Source: a virus
DNA: 64,000 bases
IMG/VR virus record: IMGVR_UViG_3300044858_005015
Coordinates: 4,270-68,269 of that record
Strand: one strand, 5' to 3'
This document shows positions 45,906-55,589 of this stretch, in pieces. Made by a program: the position numbers and the translations under genes. The notes beneath the pieces are model-generated. The model was given only the letters and a program-made list of their open reading frames with translations. It made no database searches and was not told where the DNA came from. Every line of letters begins with the position of its first letter. Positions within the stretch are counted from its first letter, which is position 1.

Positions 45906-46811
45906 ATGAATAATCTTGTAATCGACGGTTCCAATCTTTTATGGCGAACATACTGGATCGCTGAAACCCGTCAAAAGCTAGTCAACTCCAAAGGCATTTG
46001 GACAGGGCCTATCTATCTTTTTCTTAAATCCCTTAAAGGTCTTCAAGAGAAGTTTAAACCTAATAGTGTTTGGTGTACATGGGATAAAAAATTAATTTAC
46101 CCTTCGACTAACTTCCGTAAAGAGTTAGCTCCGGAGACCTACAAACAGAACCGAGATGATGATAAGTCGCGAGAGATCCATAAACAGCATGATGAACTTT
46201 CAAAGTGGTTGACTGTTTTAGGGGTTAAACAGATTTATCCTGGTGTATTAGAAGCCGATGACATTATTTCCTGGCTCTGTAAGGAGAAGCTTTCGTCGAC
46301 TATTATTGTTACTGTTGACAAAGATCTTTTACAGTTGGTCAACGATTTTTGTCACTACTACAACCCTATTAAGAAGAAGCTTATCACTCCCGATAACTTC
46401 CTAGCCGAAGTAGGAGTAGAGATTGTAGAATACAATTATTACAAGGCTCTCCTCGGGGACAAGTCAGATAACGTCGAAGGAGTTCCCGGTTACGGGGTTC
46501 AGAAGTCAACCCGTCTTTGTAAAGAAGGTTACAACGGAATTGTGTCTAAGCTTTCTGAAGAAGATCGGAAACGTTTTGAAAAGAACTTAACGCTTACTAA
46601 TCTTTTCGGGTCCTATCATAAAACTGAGGGTGAGGTAGAACTTTACGAAAAGCAATATCAAGAACAGAAGGATATCAAAGCTGACATGAAGAAGTTTGAA
46701 GAGATGTGTCAGGAAGCTGAGTTTTATTCTTTTGTTAAAGAGATTGATAAATGGAAGCAGACTTTTTCTCGTAATCAGTCACTCGTCGATCTCATATCCC
46801 AGCTTTCGTAA
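45906..46811 (+). CDS. T4 RNase H-like 5'-3' exonuclease/flap endonuclease
   Basis: IDGSNL..R, YK.NR, EADDII, DKDLLQL, GDKSDNV.GV.G.G. Confidence 0.9.
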   Translation: MNNLVIDGSNLLWRTYWIAETRQKLVNSKGIWTGPIYLFLKSLKGLQEKFKPNSVWCTWDKKLIYPSTNFRKELAPETYKQNRDDDKSREIHKQHDELSKWLTVLGVKQIYPGVLEADDIISWLCKEKLSSTIIVTVDKDLLQLVNDFCHYYNPIKKKLITPDNFLAEVGVEIVEYNYYKALLGDKSDNVEGVPGYGVQKSTRLCKEGYNGIVSKLSEEDRKRFEKNLTLTNLFGSYHKTEGEVELYEKQYQEQKDIKADMKKFEEMCQEAEFYSFVKEIDKWKQTFSRNQSLVDLISQLS

Positions 46812-46985
46812 GTCTTGCGCAGTGATTGATTCTAGTACCATCATAACAAAGTCTTCTATGTCTTCTTTATGGGCATATTTGACCCCGAAAGCATCACATA
46901 CAGCATCTTCAAAGTCTTGATCATAGGTCATATGAAGGATAATTTTATCACCGTTATCCTCGGCATCTAAGATCTCAAACTTCAT
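46779..46985 (-). CDS. small acidic protein
   Basis: ORF track; D/E-rich. Confidence 0.55.
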   Translation of the reverse strand: MKFEILDAEDNGDKIILHMTYDQDFEDAVCDAFGVKYAHKEDIEDFVMMVLESITAQDLRKLGYEIDE

Positions 46986-47358
46986 CTTTAGATTTTTTCT
47001 TTTTACGTTTAGCTCTCTTCTCCTGTAGTTCTTTTTGGAGAGCTGATTTATAGACTTTAGCAGATAAGAGTTTTAGAAACCGAGCATTATCGAGGATCGA
47101 AACACCATTAATGACCCGAGACTCAGCGTAGATGACTTGGGACTCTGACCAGTCCGGGTACAGGTAGTGGATGCATTCATGATAGGCTGTCCTAAGCATA
47201 TCCTTACGGTGATCTATTACTACCATATCCTCATCATACAAACACCAACCACAAATTTTTAACTTACTGAATACAAAGAATTCAGGAGGCTTTTTGCGGA
47301 CTAAGTTTAGGCATCGAGTATAGATTTCGGTTACCTGTTTTTTACCGAGCTTTATCAT
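46975..47358 (-). CDS. HExxH zincin-like protein
   Basis: TAYHECIHYLYPDWSE. Confidence 0.6.
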   Translation of the reverse strand: MIKLGKKQVTEIYTRCLNLVRKKPPEFFVFSKLKICGWCLYDEDMVVIDHRKDMLRTAYHECIHYLYPDWSESQVIYAESRVINGVSILDNARFLKLLSAKVYKSALQKELQEKRAKRKKKKSKDEV

Positions 47359-47378
47359 AGCCGTTAATATTTAATCTT

Positions 47379-48110
47379 TTATAGCCCGAACTCACGATCA
47401 AAGGCTTTGAAGGATTGCTTGTAGGACTTTAAAGATTCGTCGTATTTGTCTTTAGTGTACTGCCAGTTCCAGGATAGTTGTTCCGGAACTTTAAAACCAT
47501 AGAACTTGAGAACTTGTTTTTGTAAGTCAATTACATTGTGACCGTTCCAGTTTTGTCCGGTAAAGATGAGACCGGCATCAATATCTTTAATGATATTGTC
47601 TTCTCCTAAGGTTGTATGTCTTGACTCCAGCCAGCAAAGTCGTTCCAAGAGTCTTTGATAGACAGCATTTGTCTGACCCCATCTAACGGAACCAAAAAAG
47701 ATAACACAGTCAGATTCTAAAAGCTCTTTAACTATTTTCCAAAGCTCATCGTCCTTCATATAAAAAGAGGTCCAGCACCGTAGACATCCTGAAGGATTCT
47801 TGTCTTTATCTTTGAGAGTCGCGGCCTTGACCCCGCAATCATTGTTCTTGAAGGAGACGTGACCGGTGCAGTCATGGATAGTCATATGAGCGGCGTCCAT
47901 GAGGAGTGTCTTATCTGAGTGCTGGGACTGAATGTACCGAGCTAGTTGCATGGACTTAGGTACCTCTTCCTCTTTCATTGATTCTGGTCTATTGGAAGTA
48001 GAAATGAGAAGTATCTTCTTTTTCTTCTCGAGATACTGAACTGTGGTATCGAGGAGTTTTCTCTCTTTAGCTTCCAAAAGATAGTAATAGTCTTTAAAGT
48101 CCGTTTTCAT
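47379..48110 (-). CDS. flavodoxin-fold NAD(P)H-dependent FMN reductase-like protein
   Basis: ISTSNR, I.DC.G..S, C..W.S...DE, ESD.VIF..SVRWG..NA.YQ.L.ERL. Confidence 0.7.
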   Translation of the reverse strand: MKTDFKDYYYLLEAKERKLLDTTVQYLEKKKKILLISTSNRPESMKEEEVPKSMQLARYIQSQHSDKTLLMDAAHMTIHDCTGHVSFKNNDCGVKAATLKDKDKNPSGCLRCWTSFYMKDDELWKIVKELLESDCVIFFGSVRWGQTNAVYQRLLERLCWLESRHTTLGEDNIIKDIDAGLIFTGQNWNGHNVIDLQKQVLKFYGFKVPEQLSWNWQYTKDKYDESLKSYKQSFKAFDREFGL

Positions 48111-48152
48111 GTATAGTATTTAGGAGAAAAATAGATAAATACAATATATTAT

Positions 48153-48440
48153 ATGTACGAATCAGATGGTTACAACGGTATTTTGAGTCCGGGAGGTTTT
48201 AATCCCGTAGCAAAGAAAGTTCTCCCTTTTCCTCTCGAGAACATTGAAGAGAACTTAGCAGATGTTTACTTTGAGATGGATAAGATCCGTAAGCGGATTG
48301 AAGTGGTTAAGCGTAATAATGTTACCTCTTTGACTGAGTTAAGACTTAAACAGCTTACTAAGATGCAGTATAAGATTAACACCGCTATGACCTTGATCAA
48401 AGATCTGACCAAGGACTTAGACAGTTTTTGGATTAACTAA
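48153..48440 (+). CDS. late hypothetical protein
   Basis: TAAATA upstream. Confidence 0.6.
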   Translation: MYESDGYNGILSPGGFNPVAKKVLPFPLENIEENLADVYFEMDKIRKRIEVVKRNNVTSLTELRLKQLTKMQYKINTAMTLIKDLTKDLDSFWIN

Positions 48441-48897
48441 GAGACGTTTTAAACTCAATAGTTTCGTTTTCTCCCACTGGCATTACTACTTTGTTAAGTG
48501 GGGTGGTAATTTGAGCAGCAAAGAATTGCATCTTAACAGCATTAACCTGGTTGCAGGACCCACACTTAAACCGGTTCTCTTGATTTAGAGTAATAAGGGT
48601 TACGTTGGACTGTTTACAGTAAGCGCAGGTCAGCTGGATAGTAAACTTAGAAAGCGCTTCTAGCTGCTCGTTTAGTACTTTGGCTCCCTCTAGTGTATCT
48701 TTTCTTTGTAAGTATGTATTGATAACAGCGAAGATAACAAATTGAACCCCAAAGGCTAGAATAAAGTAACCCCAGAAGGACCCGGTAAGAAGATACCCTC
48801 CTACTCCAACCACTCCTGAAACAAGGGCAGTAAAAGCTAGGGAAAGAAATACAATAAGAATCTCAGGTCGTTTTAATAGCTGTAGATACTTTTTCAT
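48433..48897 (-). CDS. membrane protein with C-terminal Zn ribbon
   Basis: Two TM segments, then CAYC...CGSC; start MKKYLQ. Confidence 0.65.
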   Translation of the reverse strand: MKKYLQLLKRPEILIVFLSLAFTALVSGVVGVGGYLLTGSFWGYFILAFGVQFVIFAVINTYLQRKDTLEGAKVLNEQLEALSKFTIQLTCAYCKQSNVTLITLNQENRFKCGSCNQVNAVKMQFFAAQITTPLNKVVMPVGENETIEFKTSLS

Positions 48898-49102
48898 AAA
48901 TTTTATCGGTTTGACTATCAACATAAGTCATAATATCTAAAGGGTTCAATTGTACACTTTCAAAGTCTACTCCACGATCTTCGCACTTATCGCCAATGAG
49001 ATTAATGGCTTCTTCCAGAGCTGACCAACGGCAAAGTTCATACAAAGACATTTTATCGATGTTAACATTTGAGACCTTTTCGGGTTGTTTAGTTTTTTTC
49101 AT
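48863..49102 (-). CDS. hypothetical protein
   Basis: Likely start MKKTKQPEK within the track ORF. Confidence 0.5.
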   Translation of the reverse strand: MKKTKQPEKVSNVNIDKMSLYELCRWSALEEAINLIGDKCEDRGVDFESVQLNPLDIMTYVDSQTDKIYEKVSTAIKTT

Positions 49103-49136
49103 AGATGGGAAATATATAGGAAGGTGATAAAGGTAG

Positions 49137-49400
49137 TCAAGAACTTTTTTGATAAGTTTCAATGTTTGCTGAGGCTACTTCGAATACTTCTTCCGGTACT
49201 TGTTCTACAAAGTCAAGCAGACCGGTTTGTACTCCTTCCGAGAATTCTTCTTTTGTGAGGCAGATTTGATAACGATCAGGGAGCTGCATGAATTCAAGTA
49301 CTTCAGATTCTTCTTTTATGAAGAGTATAAAGTCCCCTCTTCGGAGCTTTGTAAACGCATACATACCTCTTAACTGAGGAGTTTTTAGTATTTTAGCCAC
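49137..49400 (-). CDS. hypothetical protein
   Basis: ORF track, GTG start. Confidence 0.55.
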   Translation of the reverse strand: MAKILKTPQLRGMYAFTKLRRGDFILFIKEESEVLEFMQLPDRYQICLTKEEFSEGVQTGLLDFVEQVPEEVFEVASANIETYQKSS

Positions 49401-49445
49401 TGAAATATTATAAGGATTATTTAGGATATATCCACTATGTATTAA

Positions 49446-49931
49446 TTAGATTACCCCAGGTATAAGATTAGTATTTTTTGCAATATTATTAAAGTCAGAT
49501 GCTAGTTCGTTTTTAACGCCGTTAACAATATCTGTCTTATCTTGAGATGTGACCCCGGATCCTGTTGCCACAACGGTAGATGCTGCAGATTGTATTAAGA
49601 GGGTCTGGACTCCTTCGCTGTAGGCGATGGGGTCTCCTCCGGGGCCTCCGGTGAGGTTTCCTCCGGCGACCCGGGCGATGTAATTTCCTGACGCAAAACG
49701 AAGTTGCCACGACCCCAATAGTTCGACGGTGAGGCCGACTTGCACGCCGGGACCGAGTTCTTTGAGTCCTGATCCTGAGCCGATTCTTTCATATGTTATC
49801 CCTGTCTCGCTAGCTTGCGCAACTTTAATGGCAGCATAAAGAGATATACAGTCGACATCGGCAGTCCCATTATCAACCTCGATAATAGACGTTTCAAAAT
49901 CGAAGGTAAACGGTGATACATATAAAGTCAT
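49446..49931 (-). CDS. tail-module structural protein
   Basis: Coupled to the upstream tail genes; GC-rich internal patch. Confidence 0.6.
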   Translation of the reverse strand: MTLYVSPFTFDFETSIIEVDNGTADVDCISLYAAIKVAQASETGITYERIGSGSGLKELGPGVQVGLTVELLGSWQLRFASGNYIARVAGGNLTGGPGGDPIAYSEGVQTLLIQSAASTVVATGSGVTSQDKTDIVNGVKNELASDFNNIAKNTNLIPGVI

Positions 49932-51367
49932 TAGACATCGGAGTTTCTACTAGTATTAACGGAACCACCGGCGTTTGTTACGCTTAATAGAGTGTTAAAC
50001 GGTATAATAGGTGCCCCGCCGGATCCGTTGCGAACGTCAACACGCGCGGTGAAATTGGTAGAAAATATAAAGGTAACACTCTCGCTTGAACCAGATGCTA
50101 CTTTATCAATGAAAGGAACAAAGACGTCATCCGCTGTAACAACGTTACCAGCAAGAGCAGGACTTAAGCCAGAGAATGTTTTCGTGCCGGCATTGAACGA
50201 TGAATATGTATAACGTAGCCCTTTAATACGGATAACACCTGATGATGGTGTGTCAGTCTTAATAGATTCTACTACCTGTAAGGATGTAGCGCCAGAGCTT
50301 GCAGCAACCGGTGTATATTCATCTTTAAGAATACCACCGCTACCATTTTCCCGGGCTACCAGAACTCTATCACCAGAGACTAGGTTACCTACAGTTATTC
50401 CAACCAAGGTAGGGGGTACCTGTGTTGTACCGTCGTGAGCAATAAGTTGATAGCGAGTAGCTTCAGCTGGAAGAACACCCGAGAGGTACCATCCTTGTGC
50501 TGCGAAGAACGTACCACCTGCAAAAGTTCCGAAGGGCGCGGAAACAACCTCCGGGTAAGCTGGATTTAGCTTCCGGTATCTCCACCCTGGAATACCACTT
50601 AAGGTAGCGGTAGAGTTTTCTCTTGTGAGATATTGAAGGTACTGATATGTTTCTTGCAGTGTACAATCACCGGAAAGAGATATAGTACCTTTATAAAGCT
50701 TTGGTCCGTTACCGTTGTTAATGTCCTGGGTAGTGTCTCCAAAGGTAACCGAAACTTTAGAAGATAATGCTGCGGTTTGAGTTTCAGTGAGAACAATAGA
50801 GGAGTCTAATGAAGTTGATAACGCAGCCGCGGCTTCACCACCAGCCGCGAGGTTAGTATCGAAGTGGGAATATGTTTGACCCCATTTGCGCGAAAATGCA
50901 GTAACGTCACCGTTGTCGATAAACGATCCACCGGTTCTTACTTTTACTAAAATTTGAATATGACCGTCTGACCAAAACTTGGTAAGTTTGTTCCCGCTCT
51001 GTACAACATAGACGGGGGACCCTGCAACAATACCACCGATGGTTTTAAGACCTGAGTACTGTACGTTTCCGGTATTTTGTTTTACCGAACCGAAATTTAT
51101 ATACTGGGCAGCGTCGTCGTCAATGTTGTAAACAAACTCACCAGATGTTAAAAGGTTGAGCCTTGATGCTACGGCTGCATCTCGGGGACCGTCTAGCCTC
51201 GACGGGTTGGGTGAGAGTATATCGAGAAGATCATTTCCTGAAGCATTAGCATCGTCCGCCAAATCCTGTAACCACGAATGTAGTTCTAGAACACTATAAA
51301 TTGTAGTACCACTAGTATGCCGGATATCCCCTGTTGAATTAATTGAAAAATCATCTTGAATAGCCAT
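49931..51367 (-). CDS. tail-module structural protein (MAIQDDF...YSVLELH.WLQDLADD type)
   Basis: Beta-rich, G/T/S-rich; N-terminus of a type recurrent in phage tail modules. Confidence 0.65.
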   Translation of the reverse strand: MAIQDDFSINSTGDIRHTSGTTIYSVLELHSWLQDLADDANASGNDLLDILSPNPSRLDGPRDAAVASRLNLLTSGEFVYNIDDDAAQYINFGSVKQNTGNVQYSGLKTIGGIVAGSPVYVVQSGNKLTKFWSDGHIQILVKVRTGGSFIDNGDVTAFSRKWGQTYSHFDTNLAAGGEAAAALSTSLDSSIVLTETQTAALSSKVSVTFGDTTQDINNGNGPKLYKGTISLSGDCTLQETYQYLQYLTRENSTATLSGIPGWRYRKLNPAYPEVVSAPFGTFAGGTFFAAQGWYLSGVLPAEATRYQLIAHDGTTQVPPTLVGITVGNLVSGDRVLVARENGSGGILKDEYTPVAASSGATSLQVVESIKTDTPSSGVIRIKGLRYTYSSFNAGTKTFSGLSPALAGNVVTADDVFVPFIDKVASGSSESVTFIFSTNFTARVDVRNGSGGAPIIPFNTLLSVTNAGGSVNTSRNSDV

Positions 51368-51376
51368 ATAATATAA

Positions 51377-53608
51377 TTATTCATCTAAAACTTGATTTGC
51401 TACCACCGAGCCGTTATTTGATGTTAGTGTAGCTATTGTTCTAAATTCCTGGTATACCGGAGACGACGACGCTTTTCTAAGGACTATCTCAATTGGTATA
51501 TCGGCGGTATAAGTGTAACTATAAACACGGGAAGTACCGGCAACTGTTTCATTTACCAGAACGTTTTGATTGTCGGTGTTTCTAATTAAAAGGCGAGAAC
51601 CTGATACAATGTTTGATACGGTAAATGTGTTTTGGGGCTGACTCAAAACAACTGTCGCACCAGCGGTATCAAATGTTATTTCGGAGTCTCCAGCGGCACG
51701 TTCAATGGTAACGGTTCCTGTGGTCGCCAAAATATTCAATGGTTTTGTATAACCAGAAAATGTTGATCCCTCAAGAGAGACGGTTCCTGTTCCCGATATT
51801 TCGATTGCATAAGTTTCCGCCCCCTTAGTAAATGACGTTTGCAGAACAGAACCTCCATTTTCCATGCGAATCGCCGCGTCAGTAGCGGCACTTTCTTTGA
51901 TAAAGCAGTTGCTAAAGCTTGCTCCCTTTGCGTCTATTTTTCCGCATCTTGAAAATGTTGCACCAGAGCAATCTACTCCCGTTTTCCAAGTAACATTCCA
52001 TCCCACAATACTTGCACCGTTAAAACTGTAAGATGCGCTTGTACTGCTACTGCTGTTGATTGTAAATGGTTGACGAGTTGTTGTGGCGACAATTGTGCTG
52101 TCGAGATTTATTGTGTCTGCCGATGATGCGTAGATTGTTAGTGGTTGGTCTAATTCTCCGAGCCTAAACCAAGGAAACGAAACAGTGCCTCCTATTTGAT
52201 ACTCCAAAGATTGTGCCGCTCCAATGAAGTAGGTGCTGTCGGTTCCGTTGCCAATCTGTAGCGGAATCCCGACAAGTGCTTGCCCTGAACCCTGAATAAA
52301 TCCGCGATAAATGCCAGAGCCACTGACGATTATTTTGGCTACATCGTTAAAGGTGACGGGGCGACTGGAACCACCACCAGCCACTTTTAATGTGTCTATC
52401 GAGCCTAACGCACGAAGCTGAACTGTACGACTCGTTCCGTTGGCCGTTGTGTTTTGGTGAACCATACCAAAATACACTATGTTGGCCCAATCTATGGAGC
52501 CAACGGAATCCACAAACGTTTCGTTTGGGAGGTCTGCTATTATTGCCTTAAAATTAACGGAGCCAAAATAAAAGCGATTTATCGGTCGCCATGTTCGCCA
52601 ATTGCCAGAATTGTCTTCAAAATAGAATATCGGCCCATCTTTGGACATTACGTTGTTTTGCGCCGTGCTTGCCAATAGCGCGAACAATTTACCAGATGAC
52701 CAATCCGCTGTGACTGGGAATATGCCGCCATATACTCCAACAGTAGCTGGTGGCTGTGTGGTGACTTGAATATATGGACTATACCAATTGGGATCAGTTG
52801 AATATGACTGTGCGTTTGCAACATTTGGGCCAGATGTAGGTGTTAATGTTGAAACGCCACAAATTGTCGCTTGTCGCGTATGGATGGACGCAACGGTTGG
52901 AGAGTCCGCATCTAAGGTGAATTCCTCAACAACATTAAACACTTGGTCGCTATGTGGAGACACCGCGCCACCAGATTTATTACGAATTGCCAAAGTTGCC
53001 AGAACGCCACCACGACTCAATCCCCTGTCCCAAGTAAATGTTCCAACAGAACCAGCGGTTCTTTTCATTTGTTCTGCCAAATACAATTCAACCGCCGCGT
53101 TTTCAATCCTGCGAGAAACGTCCGTAAAGCCACCGATTGTTAGTGCTGGAGATGATACGCCGTTGGCATCCAATGCTGCCACTCTTATGATTAGAGAATT
53201 GTTATTTGTTGTTGTGATTGATGGGGCTGTATATTTTGTTACAAATACAGTCTGTTCCGTTGTTCCTATCGCCACATCCAAAAACGTAGTAGGGTCTGCG
53301 TCTCTAATAAGCATCGCGCAGCAATTCCAATCGTCACTTGCTCCACTTATCGTGGGGGCTGTTATGTCGCTACCACTGCGTTTGGCCTCCCAAATTCCCA
53401 AACGAACACCAGCAACAGAAGCGGAACTTCTGTATATTTCCGTCCAGCCAGAGCTGATGCTTATTGCGCTACCACCGCCATCGTTGACGGCGCAGAACAA
53501 AATCCGATCATCGTTTTTTTGCTCTTCGGTAATCCACTGATCGGGAGTAAACGAAGCGGCAAAAACCGTGTCTGTGTAAGACTGGACTGCTTGTACTATG
53601 TATGCCAT
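51377..53608 (-). CDS. large tail/receptor-binding protein, apparently chimeric
   Basis: 743 aa beta-rich; GAGGG SD-like motif; GC-richer body with native-like 3' end. Confidence 0.7.
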   Translation of the reverse strand: MAYIVQAVQSYTDTVFAASFTPDQWITEEQKNDDRILFCAVNDGGGSAISISSGWTEIYRSSASVAGVRLGIWEAKRSGSDITAPTISGASDDWNCCAMLIRDADPTTFLDVAIGTTEQTVFVTKYTAPSITTTNNNSLIIRVAALDANGVSSPALTIGGFTDVSRRIENAAVELYLAEQMKRTAGSVGTFTWDRGLSRGGVLATLAIRNKSGGAVSPHSDQVFNVVEEFTLDADSPTVASIHTRQATICGVSTLTPTSGPNVANAQSYSTDPNWYSPYIQVTTQPPATVGVYGGIFPVTADWSSGKLFALLASTAQNNVMSKDGPIFYFEDNSGNWRTWRPINRFYFGSVNFKAIIADLPNETFVDSVGSIDWANIVYFGMVHQNTTANGTSRTVQLRALGSIDTLKVAGGGSSRPVTFNDVAKIIVSGSGIYRGFIQGSGQALVGIPLQIGNGTDSTYFIGAAQSLEYQIGGTVSFPWFRLGELDQPLTIYASSADTINLDSTIVATTTRQPFTINSSSSTSASYSFNGASIVGWNVTWKTGVDCSGATFSRCGKIDAKGASFSNCFIKESAATDAAIRMENGGSVLQTSFTKGAETYAIEISGTGTVSLEGSTFSGYTKPLNILATTGTVTIERAAGDSEITFDTAGATVVLSQPQNTFTVSNIVSGSRLLIRNTDNQNVLVNETVAGTSRVYSYTYTADIPIEIVLRKASSSPVYQEFRTIATLTSNNGSVVANQVLDE

Positions 53609-53703
53609 TTTGTCACCCTCTCAGAGTTTGTAACAACATTTCTATTAGCAACATTAGAAAGCGAGCTATAGTTAATATTGGTTGTTACGTTAAAAGTTGT
53701 CAT
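53596..53703 (-). pseudogene. 35-aa orphan 5' stub of a replaced tail gene
   Basis: MTTFNVTTNINYSSLSNVANR... ends out of frame over the start of the 743-aa gene. Confidence 0.4.
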
Positions 53704-53745
53704 AGACTATATAATAATATGTTATTTTATAAAAATATCAATTTT

Positions 53746-55488
53746 TTATTGGTAAGTTGCCCCGGTTAGTGCATTATTTATTGAGTATTCTAGTGTCTTT
53801 ACAGTACTAATTCCTACTGGAAGATCTCCGGATAGAGTTACTGTTGTTAGGTTATTATTAACGTAACTAAAAATTTTTGTAATTTGTTTATTATCTGGTA
53901 GATTGTAACTTATAGATGTTAGTAAACTACCATTATAGTTTACAGTGTAGGGGTAACTTTTTAAATTTTTCGAAACTGTTTCAAACGTTTCCGTAGAACC
54001 AGTACCCCAACTTGCAGAATTAGACCGCACCGTAGTATATGTTTCCTGCCAATTTCCTGAAGCACTCTGATAAACTGTTGTAGGTAGTAAGGTAGCCGTA
54101 ATGTTAGCAATACTCGTAACCAACTGTCCGGTTAGAGTATTTAAAAGTGTATTAGTAGCAAAATTACTCGAAACGGCTTGATAAGAGGTAGCTGTATAAT
54201 AGGCTGTGTTCCAGTTTGCCGAGTTGTATGTGACTAAGGTAACAATATTGCTATTGTCGGTGGCGGTCAAGGTAAAGATTTCAAATAAATCTTTGTCGCC
54301 TGATAAAATTTTTCCTAAAGAAGAGAGACCATTAACCGTGAGAGTATTGTGTGGCCCCTGAAGAATACCCTTGTTGTCAAAAGTCCATTCATATTTGTCT
54401 TGAGACGTAAGAACTATATTATTATCAACTTTATCAAAAGTAATAGAGTTGCCTTCATTGTCGTAGGCAAAAAAAGCATAGGGGGATAAAGCAATTCGGG
54501 TATAGGATGATAGTAAGGGAGCCTCAGACTCTAGAGTTAAAATAGTTTCATCAGGCGGACGAATAGTGTCGTTAGGAAAATCTATAGTACCATCTGGATA
54601 CAGTCTTAAAGTTTCCGAGTCTGCTATTAACCGGTCCGGTATACCCGATACAACACCTCCCCCTGAGCTAAACAGGGTACTTATATCTACCCCACCCGAC
54701 AAATACTTACCGGTAACATTTAAGTCACCATCCATTGTACCTCCTTTAGCGTATTGAACAGCGTTAGTGCCTCCACCTCCACCAGAGAAGCTTAAATTAG
54801 GGTATCTCGAAAGTTGCTCTTGAATTTGTTGAGCTATTATCTTTTTTATATCGGAAAGTCCTGAAACTTTTTCTTCTGTTTTTGTTTTGTTTTTATCGAT
54901 TACCTGAAGCTCTTTAAGGTAGGGGTTATCAGGTTGGTTTGTTTGAGAAGACTGAACTGTTTCTGTTTTTGTAAACTGTTCTATTACAGAGTGCTGATTT
55001 TCTTTTGAGGTAATCTTTTTTACAAACTTTGGTGGCAAATATTTTTTTGATTTACTTTTTATTTGTTTTTCTTTAACAGCTATTTTTGGAGTATCTTTAT
55101 CAAAAAAATCATCTTCTTTAAGATTGTTTATAAAATTAATAGTAGCGTTTTTAATGTTTTCTTCTTTATTAACATTTTCATCTTGTTTTACAAGACCAGC
55201 AAAAGACTCTAAAAATTTTGCAAAAGGATCGTCGGTACTTGTGGTAGGTTGAACAACTCTTTCGTTAAATTGTTGTTGCTGTTGTTCGGTGATTTTTTTT
55301 TCTTCTTTTAGTTTTTCAGCTAAATTAAAAAGAAATTTATCAAACGGGTCACTATTTTCTGGTACTGTAACTGTAACCTCTTCTGAAACAAGAGGTTTAA
55401 GAGATTCTATTTGTTTTTCCGAAGAGTCTACCGGCTTATCCCTGTCTTCAGCTTTTTTATAAAAATCTATTATTTCGTTATCAGTCAC
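53746..55488 (-). CDS. fibre-like protein with charged N-terminal region and SANWNxAY repeats
   Basis: GGGGGTNAVQYA.GGTM.G.LNV.G..LSGG; SANWNTAY, SGNWQ.TY shared with 35746-36738. Confidence 0.65.
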   Translation of the reverse strand: MTDNEIIDFYKKAEDRDKPVDSSEKQIESLKPLVSEEVTVTVPENSDPFDKFLFNLAEKLKEEKKITEQQQQQFNERVVQPTTSTDDPFAKFLESFAGLVKQDENVNKEENIKNATINFINNLKEDDFFDKDTPKIAVKEKQIKSKSKKYLPPKFVKKITSKENQHSVIEQFTKTETVQSSQTNQPDNPYLKELQVIDKNKTKTEEKVSGLSDIKKIIAQQIQEQLSRYPNLSFSGGGGGTNAVQYAKGGTMDGDLNVTGKYLSGGVDISTLFSSGGGVVSGIPDRLIADSETLRLYPDGTIDFPNDTIRPPDETILTLESEAPLLSSYTRIALSPYAFFAYDNEGNSITFDKVDNNIVLTSQDKYEWTFDNKGILQGPHNTLTVNGLSSLGKILSGDKDLFEIFTLTATDNSNIVTLVTYNSANWNTAYYTATSYQAVSSNFATNTLLNTLTGQLVTSIANITATLLPTTVYQSASGNWQETYTTVRSNSASWGTGSTETFETVSKNLKSYPYTVNYNGSLLTSISYNLPDNKQITKIFSYVNNNLTTVTLSGDLPVGISTVKTLEYSINNALTGATYQ

Positions 55489-55589
55489 AGTAGTAAGGTA
55501 AAATATTTAAGTGAGTTTACTTAAATGTCTATTTTTAACTACTAAAATGTTTAGGCAAAAATAGGTATTTTTCTAATAGCCTCGTTAAA

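Noticed and set aside
52788-53540. 250-aa plus-strand ORF, and similar shadow ORFs at 337-564, 7726-8187, 55779-56333 and 56105-57004
   Set aside because: These are antisense or alternate-frame shadows of longer, motif-bearing genes, favoured by repetitive or GC-richer codons.
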